Below, one piece after another: positions 40,375 through 50,799 of a stretch of DNA of 64,000 nt. The translations under genes were made by a program, and so were the position numbers. The stretch is from a virus. The stretch's first letter is position 1. Every line of letters begins with the position of its first letter. The notes beneath the pieces are model-generated. The model saw nothing but the letters and a program-made list of their open reading frames with translations. It ran no database searches and was not told the origin of the DNA. The DNA lies in IMG/VR virus record IMGVR_UViG_3300032093_000041, positions 1-64,000 of that record. One strand, 5' to 3'.

Positions 40375-41019
40375 GTGGATACTTTTGAGAAATTTCTCTC
40401 CAATAAAATTATAATTGTAGACGAAGAAAAGGCGGGCGGACCTGCCGGTGCTGTCATCCCCCAGGAAAGACTTACTGGCGACGTACTAAAAGGTCGGGGG
40501 CCCAGAAGGGGAAATCTCGAAAGACTCCTTAGATACTGGCGTCCAATAATGAAAAAACCGGGCGGCTTCAGGCGTTGTCGCGTAATCCTGGCAGACCATC
40601 CTGAGCTTTACCCACTGGAGAATATCTGCGCTTGGTTGCATCATGAAACAACGGGTCTATGGCCTAACGAGGGATGCCACCACCCCGGCATGAAGAACTG
40701 CAAAAAGAAGCTTAAAAAGGGCACCCAGGGCAGCCTTTGGACAGACAAAGACTTTGATGACAGGATGAGAAAACTTACATCTAGGGCGACCAGAAAGAGT
40801 CTACAATTTTCTGGTGTAGTAACCCCCGATGAGCCGTTTGCGCCAGTAATCACTAATGAAGATTACGACCATGCTTTTAAGGTTTTACAAGATTTCTTTG
40901 AAATGGAACCAGACTTTTGCAAAATGCTCATAGACGAATCCAGCTGGGAGCATACGCATGGTTTTGAAACTCCTAAAATTAAGATGGTCCCGGTAGATGA
41001 AGACAGTATCTCTTTCTGA
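40375..41019 (+). CDS. Head-associated hypothetical protein (Cys/His motif)
   Basis: LERLLRYW...PGGFRRC...CAWLHHETTGLWP pattern, which I recall from actinophage head-module proteins. Confidence 0.6.
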   Translation: MDTFEKFLSNKIIIVDEEKAGGPAGAVIPQERLTGDVLKGRGPRRGNLERLLRYWRPIMKKPGGFRRCRVILADHPELYPLENICAWLHHETTGLWPNEGCHHPGMKNCKKKLKKGTQGSLWTDKDFDDRMRKLTSRATRKSLQFSGVVTPDEPFAPVITNEDYDHAFKVLQDFFEMEPDFCKMLIDESSWEHTHGFETPKIKMVPVDEDSISF

Positions 41020-43057
41020 TTGCTGCAGCGAAAAAGGGCTGCAACCAATAATCCAGACTCGGCACGTGATGCCAGAGTTAGCGCTGACGCACGTCAACGC
41101 ATTTGAAGAGCCACTACCCAAAGACTCCAGTTATCGTGCTGCAGTTCTGTACAAGTGTGCAATGCAGCGCCGAGGCGGACGTCAGGGGCTAGAAGTAAAA
41201 GTTGGTTCAATCACGTCGACAAGCCCATTCTTACAAGGGGTTCAATCCGTTGGTTCAATGCTTGTCCCTGGAGACACTGCCCCACTGCGAAGCCCAGTAC
41301 GGTCAGGACTAGCCAGGCTTGTTACCCCCGGTGGTGTTCGTGGTGCCAACCCTTTTGCTTATGGCAAGCCAAACCGTGGCTACAGATGCCCAGAGGGTTA
41401 CCAGTTCGGCGGAAGATTCACTGACTCACGTTTTTCTACATGCGGCAAGCAGTTATTTGACCTTCCAGGCACGATTGGTGCCGTAATAGGAACAGCGCTT
41501 AGGCGGTCTGCAGATTCTTTAATTGACGGTTTTAAACCCACGACAAGTCGCGTGGGTGCGCTTTCTGTGTCCGGAGACATAATTCAAAGCAGGGCACCAC
41601 AGATACCTAGAGTATCTTCCCTCAATAAAAGAGTAAGAAACTCCAATACAGAATCAATCGTCTCTGCAATGTCGAGCGTTACGGAACCGTACAGAAGAAT
41701 GGTGCGTCGTGATGGATTTGTTCTTGAGCCAGTTGTTAGCAATGCTGTGCTACGAACGATTCCTGACAACAGAGACATGGAAGGTGCAACGTTCATACAG
41801 ACAGCTCTTGAGCCGAAGACGATTGGACAAGACGAACTAGGTCTACTTTCCAACACAGGAATTCAGAAGCTTGTCTATGTCCTTAATGGTGGCTCAACCC
41901 TTAATATTGAAAAAGCCAGGCCCCTGACTGTTGGTGAAAGACGCAAACTCGGTAAAACCGTGAATGTCGCAATGAGGGCCGACAACAGTTCCGACCCAGC
42001 AGCAAGATTGAGACTTGTAGCAGAAGAAATGGGCGACGCTGTTAGATATGAAGAGTCTTTCGAGCAAATATCAAACCCCAACGAAATAGTTGTGGCAAAG
42101 ATTCCTGGCTCGAACGTTAAAACACGTGTGAAAAGATGGGTTTATGAAGCGTTTTACGCCAAAAAACCAACTAAAAAAACGCCAGCAGAAGTAGATACAG
42201 AGGACGGCGACACGCTGTCCCCCGGCAAAAAAATTGACAATCTTTCTGGAGCCGTACGTCACTTAAACGCAGGCGGTTCTTTAGAAAATATATCTAGCGC
42301 AATTCGCGTAGAGGCTCTAAGACGTAGTCGACTTTACAAGACTGGGAAACTCAAAGAAGGAGTAATTCTTCACGAGCGTGCAGATGGACAAACTGTCTTT
42401 GAAATGAAACCGAAAAAAGACTTTGAGCATCTAGGTGCAGCATTTGCATCAGAAGTGCAAAGGTCTCTAGGTCTAATCGCGCCAAAAGTGAGGGTTGCTG
42501 GAAGCGGAAATAGGCGTCCGTATCTTATTGGGGAAGCACAGGATGCTGCCACCAAGGGCTCGCAATCACGTTCAGACGGTCTTAAAAACGTCGCTGCAGA
42601 GGATTTGGTTGGACTGGCTATTGCTGACTGGCTTACCGATACATACGGTAGGTCTCCGGCGAATATTGCTCCGGTGAACATTAGCGGCTCAATGCGTGCT
42701 GTCTCATCAATAAATCCGATGGCTGGTTTGCCGACATCAAATGCTCGAAATGTAAGAGTCAGAATGGATTCTTCGATTGATGATTTTTTTGGCCAGCAGT
42801 TGCGCGAAATGTATCGCAAAAATTTCGAGCGCTTGCAGGCTGAGCAACGCAAAAAAGCTTTACAAATCATTGCTGCATATATAGAGCGTGCGCAAGATAT
42901 AGACTTTGCGGACATGAGAAGGCGTCTAACTTTAGACGGTTCTTTATCTCAGGCAGAAAAACGACACCTTGGAATTATCGAAAACCTTTTTAATAGGCGG
43001 CTTGAAACGCTTCGCACGTCGCGGGCAGCATTTATAAAAGTTCTCGGTCTAAAGTAA
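40997..43057 (+). CDS. 686-aa protein with RCP leader module and C-terminal degenerate HipA/PI3-4K-like kinase fold
   Basis: LEVK...YRCPEGYQFGGRFTD; LGLIAPKV...IADWLTDTYGRSPANI. Confidence 0.65.
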   Translation: MKTVSLSDCCSEKGLQPIIQTRHVMPELALTHVNAFEEPLPKDSSYRAAVLYKCAMQRRGGRQGLEVKVGSITSTSPFLQGVQSVGSMLVPGDTAPLRSPVRSGLARLVTPGGVRGANPFAYGKPNRGYRCPEGYQFGGRFTDSRFSTCGKQLFDLPGTIGAVIGTALRRSADSLIDGFKPTTSRVGALSVSGDIIQSRAPQIPRVSSLNKRVRNSNTESIVSAMSSVTEPYRRMVRRDGFVLEPVVSNAVLRTIPDNRDMEGATFIQTALEPKTIGQDELGLLSNTGIQKLVYVLNGGSTLNIEKARPLTVGERRKLGKTVNVAMRADNSSDPAARLRLVAEEMGDAVRYEESFEQISNPNEIVVAKIPGSNVKTRVKRWVYEAFYAKKPTKKTPAEVDTEDGDTLSPGKKIDNLSGAVRHLNAGGSLENISSAIRVEALRRSRLYKTGKLKEGVILHERADGQTVFEMKPKKDFEHLGAAFASEVQRSLGLIAPKVRVAGSGNRRPYLIGEAQDAATKGSQSRSDGLKNVAAEDLVGLAIADWLTDTYGRSPANIAPVNISGSMRAVSSINPMAGLPTSNARNVRVRMDSSIDDFFGQQLREMYRKNFERLQAEQRKKALQIIAAYIERAQDIDFADMRRRLTLDGSLSQAEKRHLGIIENLFNRRLETLRTSRAAFIKVLGLK

Positions 43058-43058
43058 A

Positions 43059-46000
43059 ATGAAACAAATTTCTCTTGTTAAAGACAAAATAGACGGGTCC
43101 CCTTTTGCTGTCCTCCTGATAGACAAAGGTTCTGTCACGGCATATGGCTCTCCTGGACAAGGAGAAGACTGGGCAGAATGGGTCAATAGTCAAGAAACAT
43201 CCGTAGAAGAAATACAAGATGTTCTAGATGTTCGCCTGGTTGCTGAACCATCAATTCCAGCAAAAAAATTTAACGAGAGCTCAATCAGTAGCTACTTAGG
43301 TCAAGAAGCAATGGACTTGCTAATGGCAGAGTTAAATAAAAAAGCTCTGCTAGAAATAGTTCAAGTTAAGTCAGAAAGTCAGCCGCAGGAGTATGACGAG
43401 GAAGACCTTCCGGACTACACGCCCATATCGGTGTGGCCGTTGTCTGAAATATCGCTGGCTTCCATAGATGTTGCATACAAATCTCAGCTTGCTGATTACA
43501 AGGCTAAAGCTTTCAACGCCGACAGAAACAGGCGGGCGCTTGCTCTTGAGGTGAAGTGGGCTAGAGCTATTTGGGATAACGACCGTCAAGGATGGCGTTG
43601 CCCACCAGAGACCACCAATGGCGGCCAGTTCACTAACAGAATGGGTCTTGGTTGCACCACTGGTCTTGTTCGACGTCTTGGTCAATCTCTGATGAGCATT
43701 GAAGACAGAAATAAACTTCAGATGCAGCTCCCAGGACTAGAAGACCCGAGAGGTTTCCTGTATCGCTCTGGTTCATTAATTGACCAGCGAGCAGAAACTA
43801 GACAGCGTGAATTTGCTGACCGACAAGAACGTCGCGCAGCACGCCGCGTTCGCAGTCTTATCGAAAAAGAAGGAAAAAAAGAACAAGAGCGTTTAGCTAA
43901 AGAAAACAAACGCAAACATCGTTCTGGGGAATCTCTAAGAGATATTTATTCAAGTTTTACGCCAGACGCAAGCAGAGTGTCTCGCGCACGTGCTGCTGGA
44001 GCAGTAAAGCTTCGTCGGTTTGCATCCAACGTAGAGCAAGAATCACTCAGGAATATTGGGGCGAGTCAACAGCGCAGAGACCGCAGGGTTAGGGACGTAT
44101 CAGAGGAAAAGCTAGACAGTAAGAAGATACGCAAGCTCCGCGATTTTGGTGGAAAAATACCTGGTTCAAAACTTGGAGGCTATGTCCAGTACGACAAGAT
44201 GATGGCAGACGACAAAGGGCAGGCTGTCGACATCAATGGCGAACTCATGGTCCCTCGTGTTCTTGTGGACATGGATGAAATGCACTCTAATCCATACTAC
44301 GGAAGAGAATTTTTAACAGATGATTCCGGTAATCAAGTAGAAAATTTCCATGCCAATCATAAGTGGGTCACCGTAGAAGAAGTACTCGCTATGGCGTCTA
44401 TCAATCGCGCGACCAAACCAGCACATGACTGGATTGAAATGCGTAAGGGGCGAGGTTTCCCTGGTGATGAAACCATTGAGTTTGTTGAAGCAAAAGAACT
44501 TCGTAAAATTCAAAAAGACAATGGATTTATTGGAGTTCGGTCAAGCTTAAAAGACAAAGGCAAAGGCCGTTTTGACGGAGACACTCGCGGCAAAGGCAAG
44601 AAGAAGACAAAACCAGCGCAAGGCGGCTCCATCGGCGACATGGAATTTGAGCCAGATGAATTGCCGCCAACCGTCGCAAAAAGGTTTGGAGATGCATGGC
44701 GCGATAGCAGAAAACGTCTTGGTTCGTGGATTGCAAACCTTGACCCCTTGCTAGATGAAGACCAGAAAACACGTCGCGAAAAGCGTCGCCGCCAAAAAGC
44801 TTCAAAATCTAAAGACTCGAGCGCCATAAACGGTGCAAACATTCTTCAGTCTCTATTCTCTGATATTGATGACCCGATAGAGGCAACCGTGCGATACGCA
44901 CAACTGTCCAACTTTAAAGAACCAGAGTTCAGAGACTGGTACGACTACACCACAAACAACAAACCAGTACCTGAGCGTCGCGAAGATTGGAACTTTGGAT
45001 TCAATAGTGTAATTGGCGAACCGACACCTCATTTTGCTCGGCTCAAAAACCTTATAGACGGAATAGTGTCAGAACACGCCGCTGGCGTACTGATTACAGC
45101 GGACGACTCAGAAGACCCCGATATAACCAAATTTATTTTTCAAGATTACGACTTCAGTACAAAGTTTAGGTCTGGTCAAATTGGGAATGTATACAACGTG
45201 CGTGTTGTAACAAGGACTGATGGCGTTGAAGAAGTACGACAAATAGCTGTAGATTCAATAAGTCTAAATCGCTGGACGGATAATCCATTAGACGAGAACA
45301 GACAACCAATTACGGCAACTGATGCAGGTCTATATATGCTGTGGTCAAACACAACGTTTTTAGATGTTCCGGAAGATGTCGTAGAGAGAGCAGCTAGTGG
45401 GCAAATGCCTACGTTTGAGCTCGTAGAGCTTGCTGCGAAACAATGGGTGGACCCAGGGTATCACGGTGCTCAGCCGCCTGCTTTCTATTATGACCAGGCC
45501 ACTAAATGGCACGAACATTACAGGGTTATCGGCTTCAACCAAAAGGGTGCTCCGCTATATATCAAGGGTGCAGGCGGGAGGGGTCGGACCGGGTCAACGT
45601 CGGTACATATCCCTGGCACATCAAATTCTGTCGTAGACACGAGAACCGGTGGTCTTATTTCTGGCCGCATGAGCCAAGAAACAATAATCACCCCAGAAGG
45701 TCAGCGAGCCCTAGACGACCCTAATGTGAATATTTGGACTGGTGAACAAAACTTTCTGGTGCTTGACGGAGGCCCTGCACCCGGGCGCGGACGCCGGCGT
45801 CGTCGCACATCTGGTCCTACGCCCCAGTCTCCTGGTGTTGTATCGCGCTTCCTTGATGGAGAAGGTCGCCAACTAAGTAGAGAACGCCGCAGCGCAAGAA
45901 GGATGCTAAAGGGGCGTACACCAAAAGACACACGCCCGATACGTCAACGCATAGAAGCTGCGCTGTATGAGAGGTCACGTCGTCGGTCAGGCGAGCCAAG

Positions 46001-49000
46001 ACCCATTTCAATGCAGGCACCGGATATCGACATAAACGTTTACTCCGACGAGCTTCGCAGAATGGAAGAAAGCGGAGAGTCGATAGAGGCACGCAATGCA
46101 CTTCCACCGATAGATGGCGTATATGACTGGTTGCTCCCAGATAACTTTTCCGCTGGCAATGATTGGTGGGGCTCTGGCGTAAACCAGCAACGAATAGACA
46201 CCCTTAATGCTTCATTACACGAGCTTGGAGGTTCATTCTTCCCGCTCGTATCGCAACGCGATATTGACCGTTTGCCGCAGCTTGCTGAAGAAGGCAGAAA
46301 GTGGCTAGAAGACATAAATGACCCTGACAAGGATTCTGCTCCTGGAGAAGTATCCAACTGGGGTTTTGCCGAATGGAAAGAGTATGGAGGATATACATAC
46401 GTTTACGATTCGAGGAACGAAACAAAACCGCCCATTGCAATCGTAAACAACGAATCCGGCACAACGCACATGATTGGCAAAGATGGCCAACACCTTATGA
46501 CTCTGGTCACGAGAGTGGCTCCATCTGGAGAAACTGTATTTTTGCCCGTTGGCTCAAACTCGACGCATAAACGGCTCGACAACATCACTGAGCAGCCGGG
46601 ATTCTTGCAGACAGTTTTAGGTAAATTCCGTAGACGCCAACAGCAAGACATAAACCCAGAGCAGATTATCCCTGGTCTTCGTTCCAGAGAACGAGCATTC
46701 ACTCGTGGCGACAATACAATTGAGGACGTTCGTTCCCAGTTTGAGAATGGGACACCTTCAGATACGTTCCCATACTCATTTGCAACAAAGCAACGTACTG
46801 GCGCATTAGCTCCAACTTCTCTTACAACTCTTCAGGAGGAGTCACTGCTAGAAGAAGCAGATAAACTGCAGGTACAAATCGCCGATGACTTTAGACGTCA
46901 ATTGGGTCTAAACAAAAAAGACCAACTGACCGAAGAGGCAATCAAAGACCTCATTGATGACCTCCAACGTCGTGGCAAAAAACGCGAAGCTGGAATTGCA
47001 ACAAACAACCTTCACGACCTTGCCGTACTTGATGACATGTTGCAGTCACGAGACGTTATGCATGTCAACAACCTAAAGCCGGGCCGCAGGCATCTACTTT
47101 TAGGCACAAGCGTAAACCCAGTACCAGACTCCGAGCAAAAGCGCCGCCGCGCAATGACGCCAGACATGATTCACGTTTCCAGTGATTCAAGAGCAATGGA
47201 TTCAAGGCTTTCAGACAGAGGGGACACAGACCCAGCAACGTCTAAGAGAACATATCCGAGTGGAGCAATAAATCTCTACGAACCGTCTGAAGAGTCGTTT
47301 ACGCCTTCATCGCCAAGGCCGCAAACTGGACCAGCCCTCATTCCGGGGGAGGGCGATGCTACTGGAACAATTGTTTATCAAAACGGAATGTATTTTGATA
47401 CGTCAACAAACCGTTACGTAGAAGACTTAAGTGGTCTCGATTTTGAATCAGCAGACTTTGTCCATGTTCCTGTTCCTTTAGAGGAATCTTCTACAAACGG
47501 AATCGACGATTTAGGCGGGGAGTTTCCTAAAATTCTTCTTACTTCCGGACCTGGTGCTCCTAGTCGACAATCGGCAGTCATAGCTCCTGGAGTTTCAAGC
47601 ACGAATCCAGAAGCCGCTCTTACTTCTAGGCCAGATGCTGTTAATGCCGTCGTAGCAAAACCGAATTCATTTACCGAAGCATTTTACTTAGTAAGAAATA
47701 GATGGCGTCAGATTGCCGCAACAAAACCTGCCGACCAGACTGAGCCATACCGAAAGCTGACAGACAAGATTGGCGCAGACCCAGCTCCGACTGCATTTAT
47801 GCTGTCGTCGCTGTTGAGCCCGCTTCTTTCTAAGGCAGACGGTCTGGAATCAGAAGAAGGCGTGTCTCTATATTCAGCACCAATTCATTCCCCTACGCTT
47901 TCCGGTAGCGACAATGCCGCAGGAATATTGAGGGCAATAAGAAACGCATCAAGAAAATCACCAACAGAAAACGGTCTTTTCTCTGATTACTTACCTGGTT
48001 CATCAGGCGACATTGTCTCGTATTCTGGTATGGCAGTTGGGCCCCACGCACCCCGTGGGCAGACGGTACTTGACGCAATAGGCGTATTTGCTGACTTGCC
48101 GTTTGAGACTGTTTATATACCGAGCACCCAACCAATAGCTCCAAATGTGGCGCAGCACAATAGTTTAGCGAATGCAAACCGAACATTACTTGATACAAAA
48201 ATATTCCGGTCGCTGAACGCTGCACTCCAGTTGGATTACGCGTCGCAAAAAATGCGTCAGCTGCTGGATAGCGGCACACCACAAGAAATAACTGGCTGGA
48301 ACGACACATGGGGTAAAAGATTCGGCGGAAGATTTGACATAACACAAGCAGATATTGAGTCTGTCGAGCAGCTACGTGATGCAGCGTGGCAGCGTGCGGC
48401 GGAAGACCTTTCGTCCGTTGCTAAAAATGCTGGTGACCGCAGAAACGACTTCCTTAACCAGTGGCGTAATCGCTCCCAATTCCGCCCAGAGAATCGCGAG
48501 ATAGACGCTGAGCTCAGCATTGCCACCGAATACATCACTAATGGTGTTATTGCTGAGCAAGCGGAGTACCTACTCACTAAGCACATACTCACCAATCCAC
48601 GAATAATGCAAAGCCTTGCTCAGTCCGAGCTTGTATCTTTAGAGTCGCGTTCAAGAGAAGCGAACAAGAGAATGGAGAGGCTCGAAGCTATACGTAGTGC
48701 GCAAACCGCACTAGGTAGGCGCTCTATGCCTGGGTATTCACCAGAAGACATTGACCCCATTGAATTATTGCCAGTACTTGATAGACACGGTGATGGTGTT
48801 GTTACAAACGCATCACTGCGCGACCCAGCAGAAATAGTCGAAATATTGTCTGACCACAAATCTCTTGGATTTGGAGCTCCTTTAGACATAGACCCAGCAA
48901 CTGGAGAATATGTTCCATCCATTTTAACCGACGACCAAATGGAAGCATTGGCGCTAATAGATTACTCAATCCGTAGAAATCTAAGCCAAGGAAGTCCAGC

Positions 49001-50411
49001 AGATGAATACGGATATACCGGCATGCCGGAAGCAAACACCGTATTTGGACACCTAGAGCTAGACAATTTACCTCCAGAGAACCTAACTGGCTGGCAACGC
49101 CAATCCCCAGGAGCCGCTGCAGTATGGTCTCTTATGGAGGCTTCTGGATTCAACGGAAACCCACTATTGCTTGATGTAGAAGAATTTAAAGAAATAGCTA
49201 AAATTGAAGATTCATCAGGAAAACGACAAACTCTAGTTGTAACCAGAGGTATCGATTCTCATGGAAGAAACTCAGGAAGTTTTCTCACCAACTTGCTCCT
49301 AAGAGCTAAACGCTCGCTTCTTGGTTCAGGCGGAGCACAGCATGGAACGGGAGAATATTGGAGCGCTCAGCCTTTTGAATGGCGCTCAAACAGTGAGTCT
49401 TCGGCAATCGGAATGATTGTGCGCGGAAATCACAGGGTAGGTTCGCATGAATTGCTCGTAGGTACCGACAGCTCAGCAAGAACTAACGGCTCGAATGGTA
49501 TCTTGTCGGATTTATTTTACGAAGCCACGTGGGCTGTTGCAAACGCACTTGGTGCAAGAGGTTTCGGCAGCGGTACAAATCCTAGTCACGGACAAGAATA
49601 CGCAGCAGATATCCCAGTTAATTCAGTGAAAATAGACCCTGTTACCGGACTGTATGACCAGGCCGACCTGGATAACCTACAACTAAAAATCCTGGAACTG
49701 ACCAGGGCGTTTGACCCATCACAAGGCCTCGGTAGCGCTGGCCTGATGACCCTTGAGAAGTGGGCGGACAGAAGAAATTTTGTTACAGATTCCATAATCC
49801 CAGACCTTGCTGGTGGAGCTGCAGCTTCAAACTTCGACCGCAATGAGTCAGCAATCAGGGAAAGGCAATTTTTAAATGCCTGGCTTGGCCAACACTTGAG
49901 CTGGATGGTTCAACTGGCACAAATGCGACGAGATGAGTCTGACCGGGTCAACGGAAAGGAAAACGCTCAGTGGAATAGGCGTCTAGATGCTGCTCAGCAC
50001 TCCATCGTGATGATGGACCCAAATGCCAGAGCAGCAATGATGGGGTATGACGTTCTGATTAGACATGACCAGAACAGTCATAACTGGAGCAGCAGGAGTC
50101 AATACGACACAGACGCCAGTTATAGGTTTGGCGATTATGATTTCTGGGAGCAAGACAGCAGCAGAATAACACTCCATAATCCGAAAGTGTTGCTGATGTT
50201 AAACAGAACAGCCACTCCGATGCTGAGGCGTGTCCATTCTTCTCAGACATGGGCCGTTAGAAGCAACCGGAGCGGAGGGCATTTCCTTGATGGGTCAGGA
50301 CTGACAATCGCAGACATATTGCAGGAGATACCAGCAAATCCAACAACACCTGAAGAACAATATATCGCCGATACTCTTACTAGGTATATAGAATTATGGG
50401 GCGGACTATGA
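43059..50411 (+). CDS. Giant polyvalent protein 2 (2450 aa) with C-terminal ART-fold-like domain
   Basis: LEVK-WRCP leader; ISGRMS at 45657; C-terminal GFNGNP...TRGI...GTGEYW...AAMMGYDVL...LNRT. Confidence 0.7.
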   Translation: MKQISLVKDKIDGSPFAVLLIDKGSVTAYGSPGQGEDWAEWVNSQETSVEEIQDVLDVRLVAEPSIPAKKFNESSISSYLGQEAMDLLMAELNKKALLEIVQVKSESQPQEYDEEDLPDYTPISVWPLSEISLASIDVAYKSQLADYKAKAFNADRNRRALALEVKWARAIWDNDRQGWRCPPETTNGGQFTNRMGLGCTTGLVRRLGQSLMSIEDRNKLQMQLPGLEDPRGFLYRSGSLIDQRAETRQREFADRQERRAARRVRSLIEKEGKKEQERLAKENKRKHRSGESLRDIYSSFTPDASRVSRARAAGAVKLRRFASNVEQESLRNIGASQQRRDRRVRDVSEEKLDSKKIRKLRDFGGKIPGSKLGGYVQYDKMMADDKGQAVDINGELMVPRVLVDMDEMHSNPYYGREFLTDDSGNQVENFHANHKWVTVEEVLAMASINRATKPAHDWIEMRKGRGFPGDETIEFVEAKELRKIQKDNGFIGVRSSLKDKGKGRFDGDTRGKGKKKTKPAQGGSIGDMEFEPDELPPTVAKRFGDAWRDSRKRLGSWIANLDPLLDEDQKTRREKRRRQKASKSKDSSAINGANILQSLFSDIDDPIEATVRYAQLSNFKEPEFRDWYDYTTNNKPVPERREDWNFGFNSVIGEPTPHFARLKNLIDGIVSEHAAGVLITADDSEDPDITKFIFQDYDFSTKFRSGQIGNVYNVRVVTRTDGVEEVRQIAVDSISLNRWTDNPLDENRQPITATDAGLYMLWSNTTFLDVPEDVVERAASGQMPTFELVELAAKQWVDPGYHGAQPPAFYYDQATKWHEHYRVIGFNQKGAPLYIKGAGGRGRTGSTSVHIPGTSNSVVDTRTGGLISGRMSQETIITPEGQRALDDPNVNIWTGEQNFLVLDGGPAPGRGRRRRRTSGPTPQSPGVVSRFLDGEGRQLSRERRSARRMLKGRTPKDTRPIRQRIEAALYERSRRRSGEPRPISMQAPDIDINVYSDELRRMEESGESIEARNALPPIDGVYDWLLPDNFSAGNDWWGSGVNQQRIDTLNASLHELGGSFFPLVSQRDIDRLPQLAEEGRKWLEDINDPDKDSAPGEVSNWGFAEWKEYGGYTYVYDSRNETKPPIAIVNNESGTTHMIGKDGQHLMTLVTRVAPSGETVFLPVGSNSTHKRLDNITEQPGFLQTVLGKFRRRQQQDINPEQIIPGLRSRERAFTRGDNTIEDVRSQFENGTPSDTFPYSFATKQRTGALAPTSLTTLQEESLLEEADKLQVQIADDFRRQLGLNKKDQLTEEAIKDLIDDLQRRGKKREAGIATNNLHDLAVLDDMLQSRDVMHVNNLKPGRRHLLLGTSVNPVPDSEQKRRRAMTPDMIHVSSDSRAMDSRLSDRGDTDPATSKRTYPSGAINLYEPSEESFTPSSPRPQTGPALIPGEGDATGTIVYQNGMYFDTSTNRYVEDLSGLDFESADFVHVPVPLEESSTNGIDDLGGEFPKILLTSGPGAPSRQSAVIAPGVSSTNPEAALTSRPDAVNAVVAKPNSFTEAFYLVRNRWRQIAATKPADQTEPYRKLTDKIGADPAPTAFMLSSLLSPLLSKADGLESEEGVSLYSAPIHSPTLSGSDNAAGILRAIRNASRKSPTENGLFSDYLPGSSGDIVSYSGMAVGPHAPRGQTVLDAIGVFADLPFETVYIPSTQPIAPNVAQHNSLANANRTLLDTKIFRSLNAALQLDYASQKMRQLLDSGTPQEITGWNDTWGKRFGGRFDITQADIESVEQLRDAAWQRAAEDLSSVAKNAGDRRNDFLNQWRNRSQFRPENREIDAELSIATEYITNGVIAEQAEYLLTKHILTNPRIMQSLAQSELVSLESRSREANKRMERLEAIRSAQTALGRRSMPGYSPEDIDPIELLPVLDRHGDGVVTNASLRDPAEIVEILSDHKSLGFGAPLDIDPATGEYVPSILTDDQMEALALIDYSIRRNLSQGSPADEYGYTGMPEANTVFGHLELDNLPPENLTGWQRQSPGAAAVWSLMEASGFNGNPLLLDVEEFKEIAKIEDSSGKRQTLVVTRGIDSHGRNSGSFLTNLLLRAKRSLLGSGGAQHGTGEYWSAQPFEWRSNSESSAIGMIVRGNHRVGSHELLVGTDSSARTNGSNGILSDLFYEATWAVANALGARGFGSGTNPSHGQEYAADIPVNSVKIDPVTGLYDQADLDNLQLKILELTRAFDPSQGLGSAGLMTLEKWADRRNFVTDSIIPDLAGGAAASNFDRNESAIRERQFLNAWLGQHLSWMVQLAQMRRDESDRVNGKENAQWNRRLDAAQHSIVMMDPNARAAMMGYDVLIRHDQNSHNWSSRSQYDTDASYRFGDYDFWEQDSSRITLHNPKVLLMLNRTATPMLRRVHSSQTWAVRSNRSGGHFLDGSGLTIADILQEIPANPTTPEEQYIADTLTRYIELWGGL

Positions 50412-50797
50412 AATCTATAGATAAATCATCTTTAACGTCAGACGAATTTGCAATGTATTCACAGAGCAAGTTAAAACTAAAACGAGCCGTGGAGGACATG
50501 TATCAACTTGCTGAGTTGCCTCCATTTGCTTTTGACAAGACAGGAAAAACTCCAGAACTTGCTGGGGAATTCATACAAGACATAAATGAACACCTTCGAG
50601 ACATTGATGAAGAAGATTTCATCACAGATAGATATAGGCCACTTGTAGACATAAAAACCAAATATGAAAACGAACTCAATGAAGCTCGCAAAATACGCGA
50701 CAGTGCGCCCAAGCTTGGCCTAGCGTTAAAAAAATGGTTTGAAGACAACAATCTACGAATGGACGAAGCGATAGCGTATTTCTACGGCGTGGATTAA
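50408..50797 (+). CDS. Small protein coupled to giant 2 (candidate immunity)
   Basis: ATG 50408 forms an ATGA overlap with stop 50409-50411. Confidence 0.6.
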   Translation: MKSIDKSSLTSDEFAMYSQSKLKLKRAVEDMYQLAELPPFAFDKTGKTPELAGEFIQDINEHLRDIDEEDFITDRYRPLVDIKTKYENELNEARKIRDSAPKLGLALKKWFEDNNLRMDEAIAYFYGVD

Positions 50798-50799
50798 AT

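Noticed and set aside
42679-42695. ISGSM in the 686-aa protein as another polyprotein motif
   Set aside because: It lies inside the kinase-like fold between conserved elements; probably coincidental
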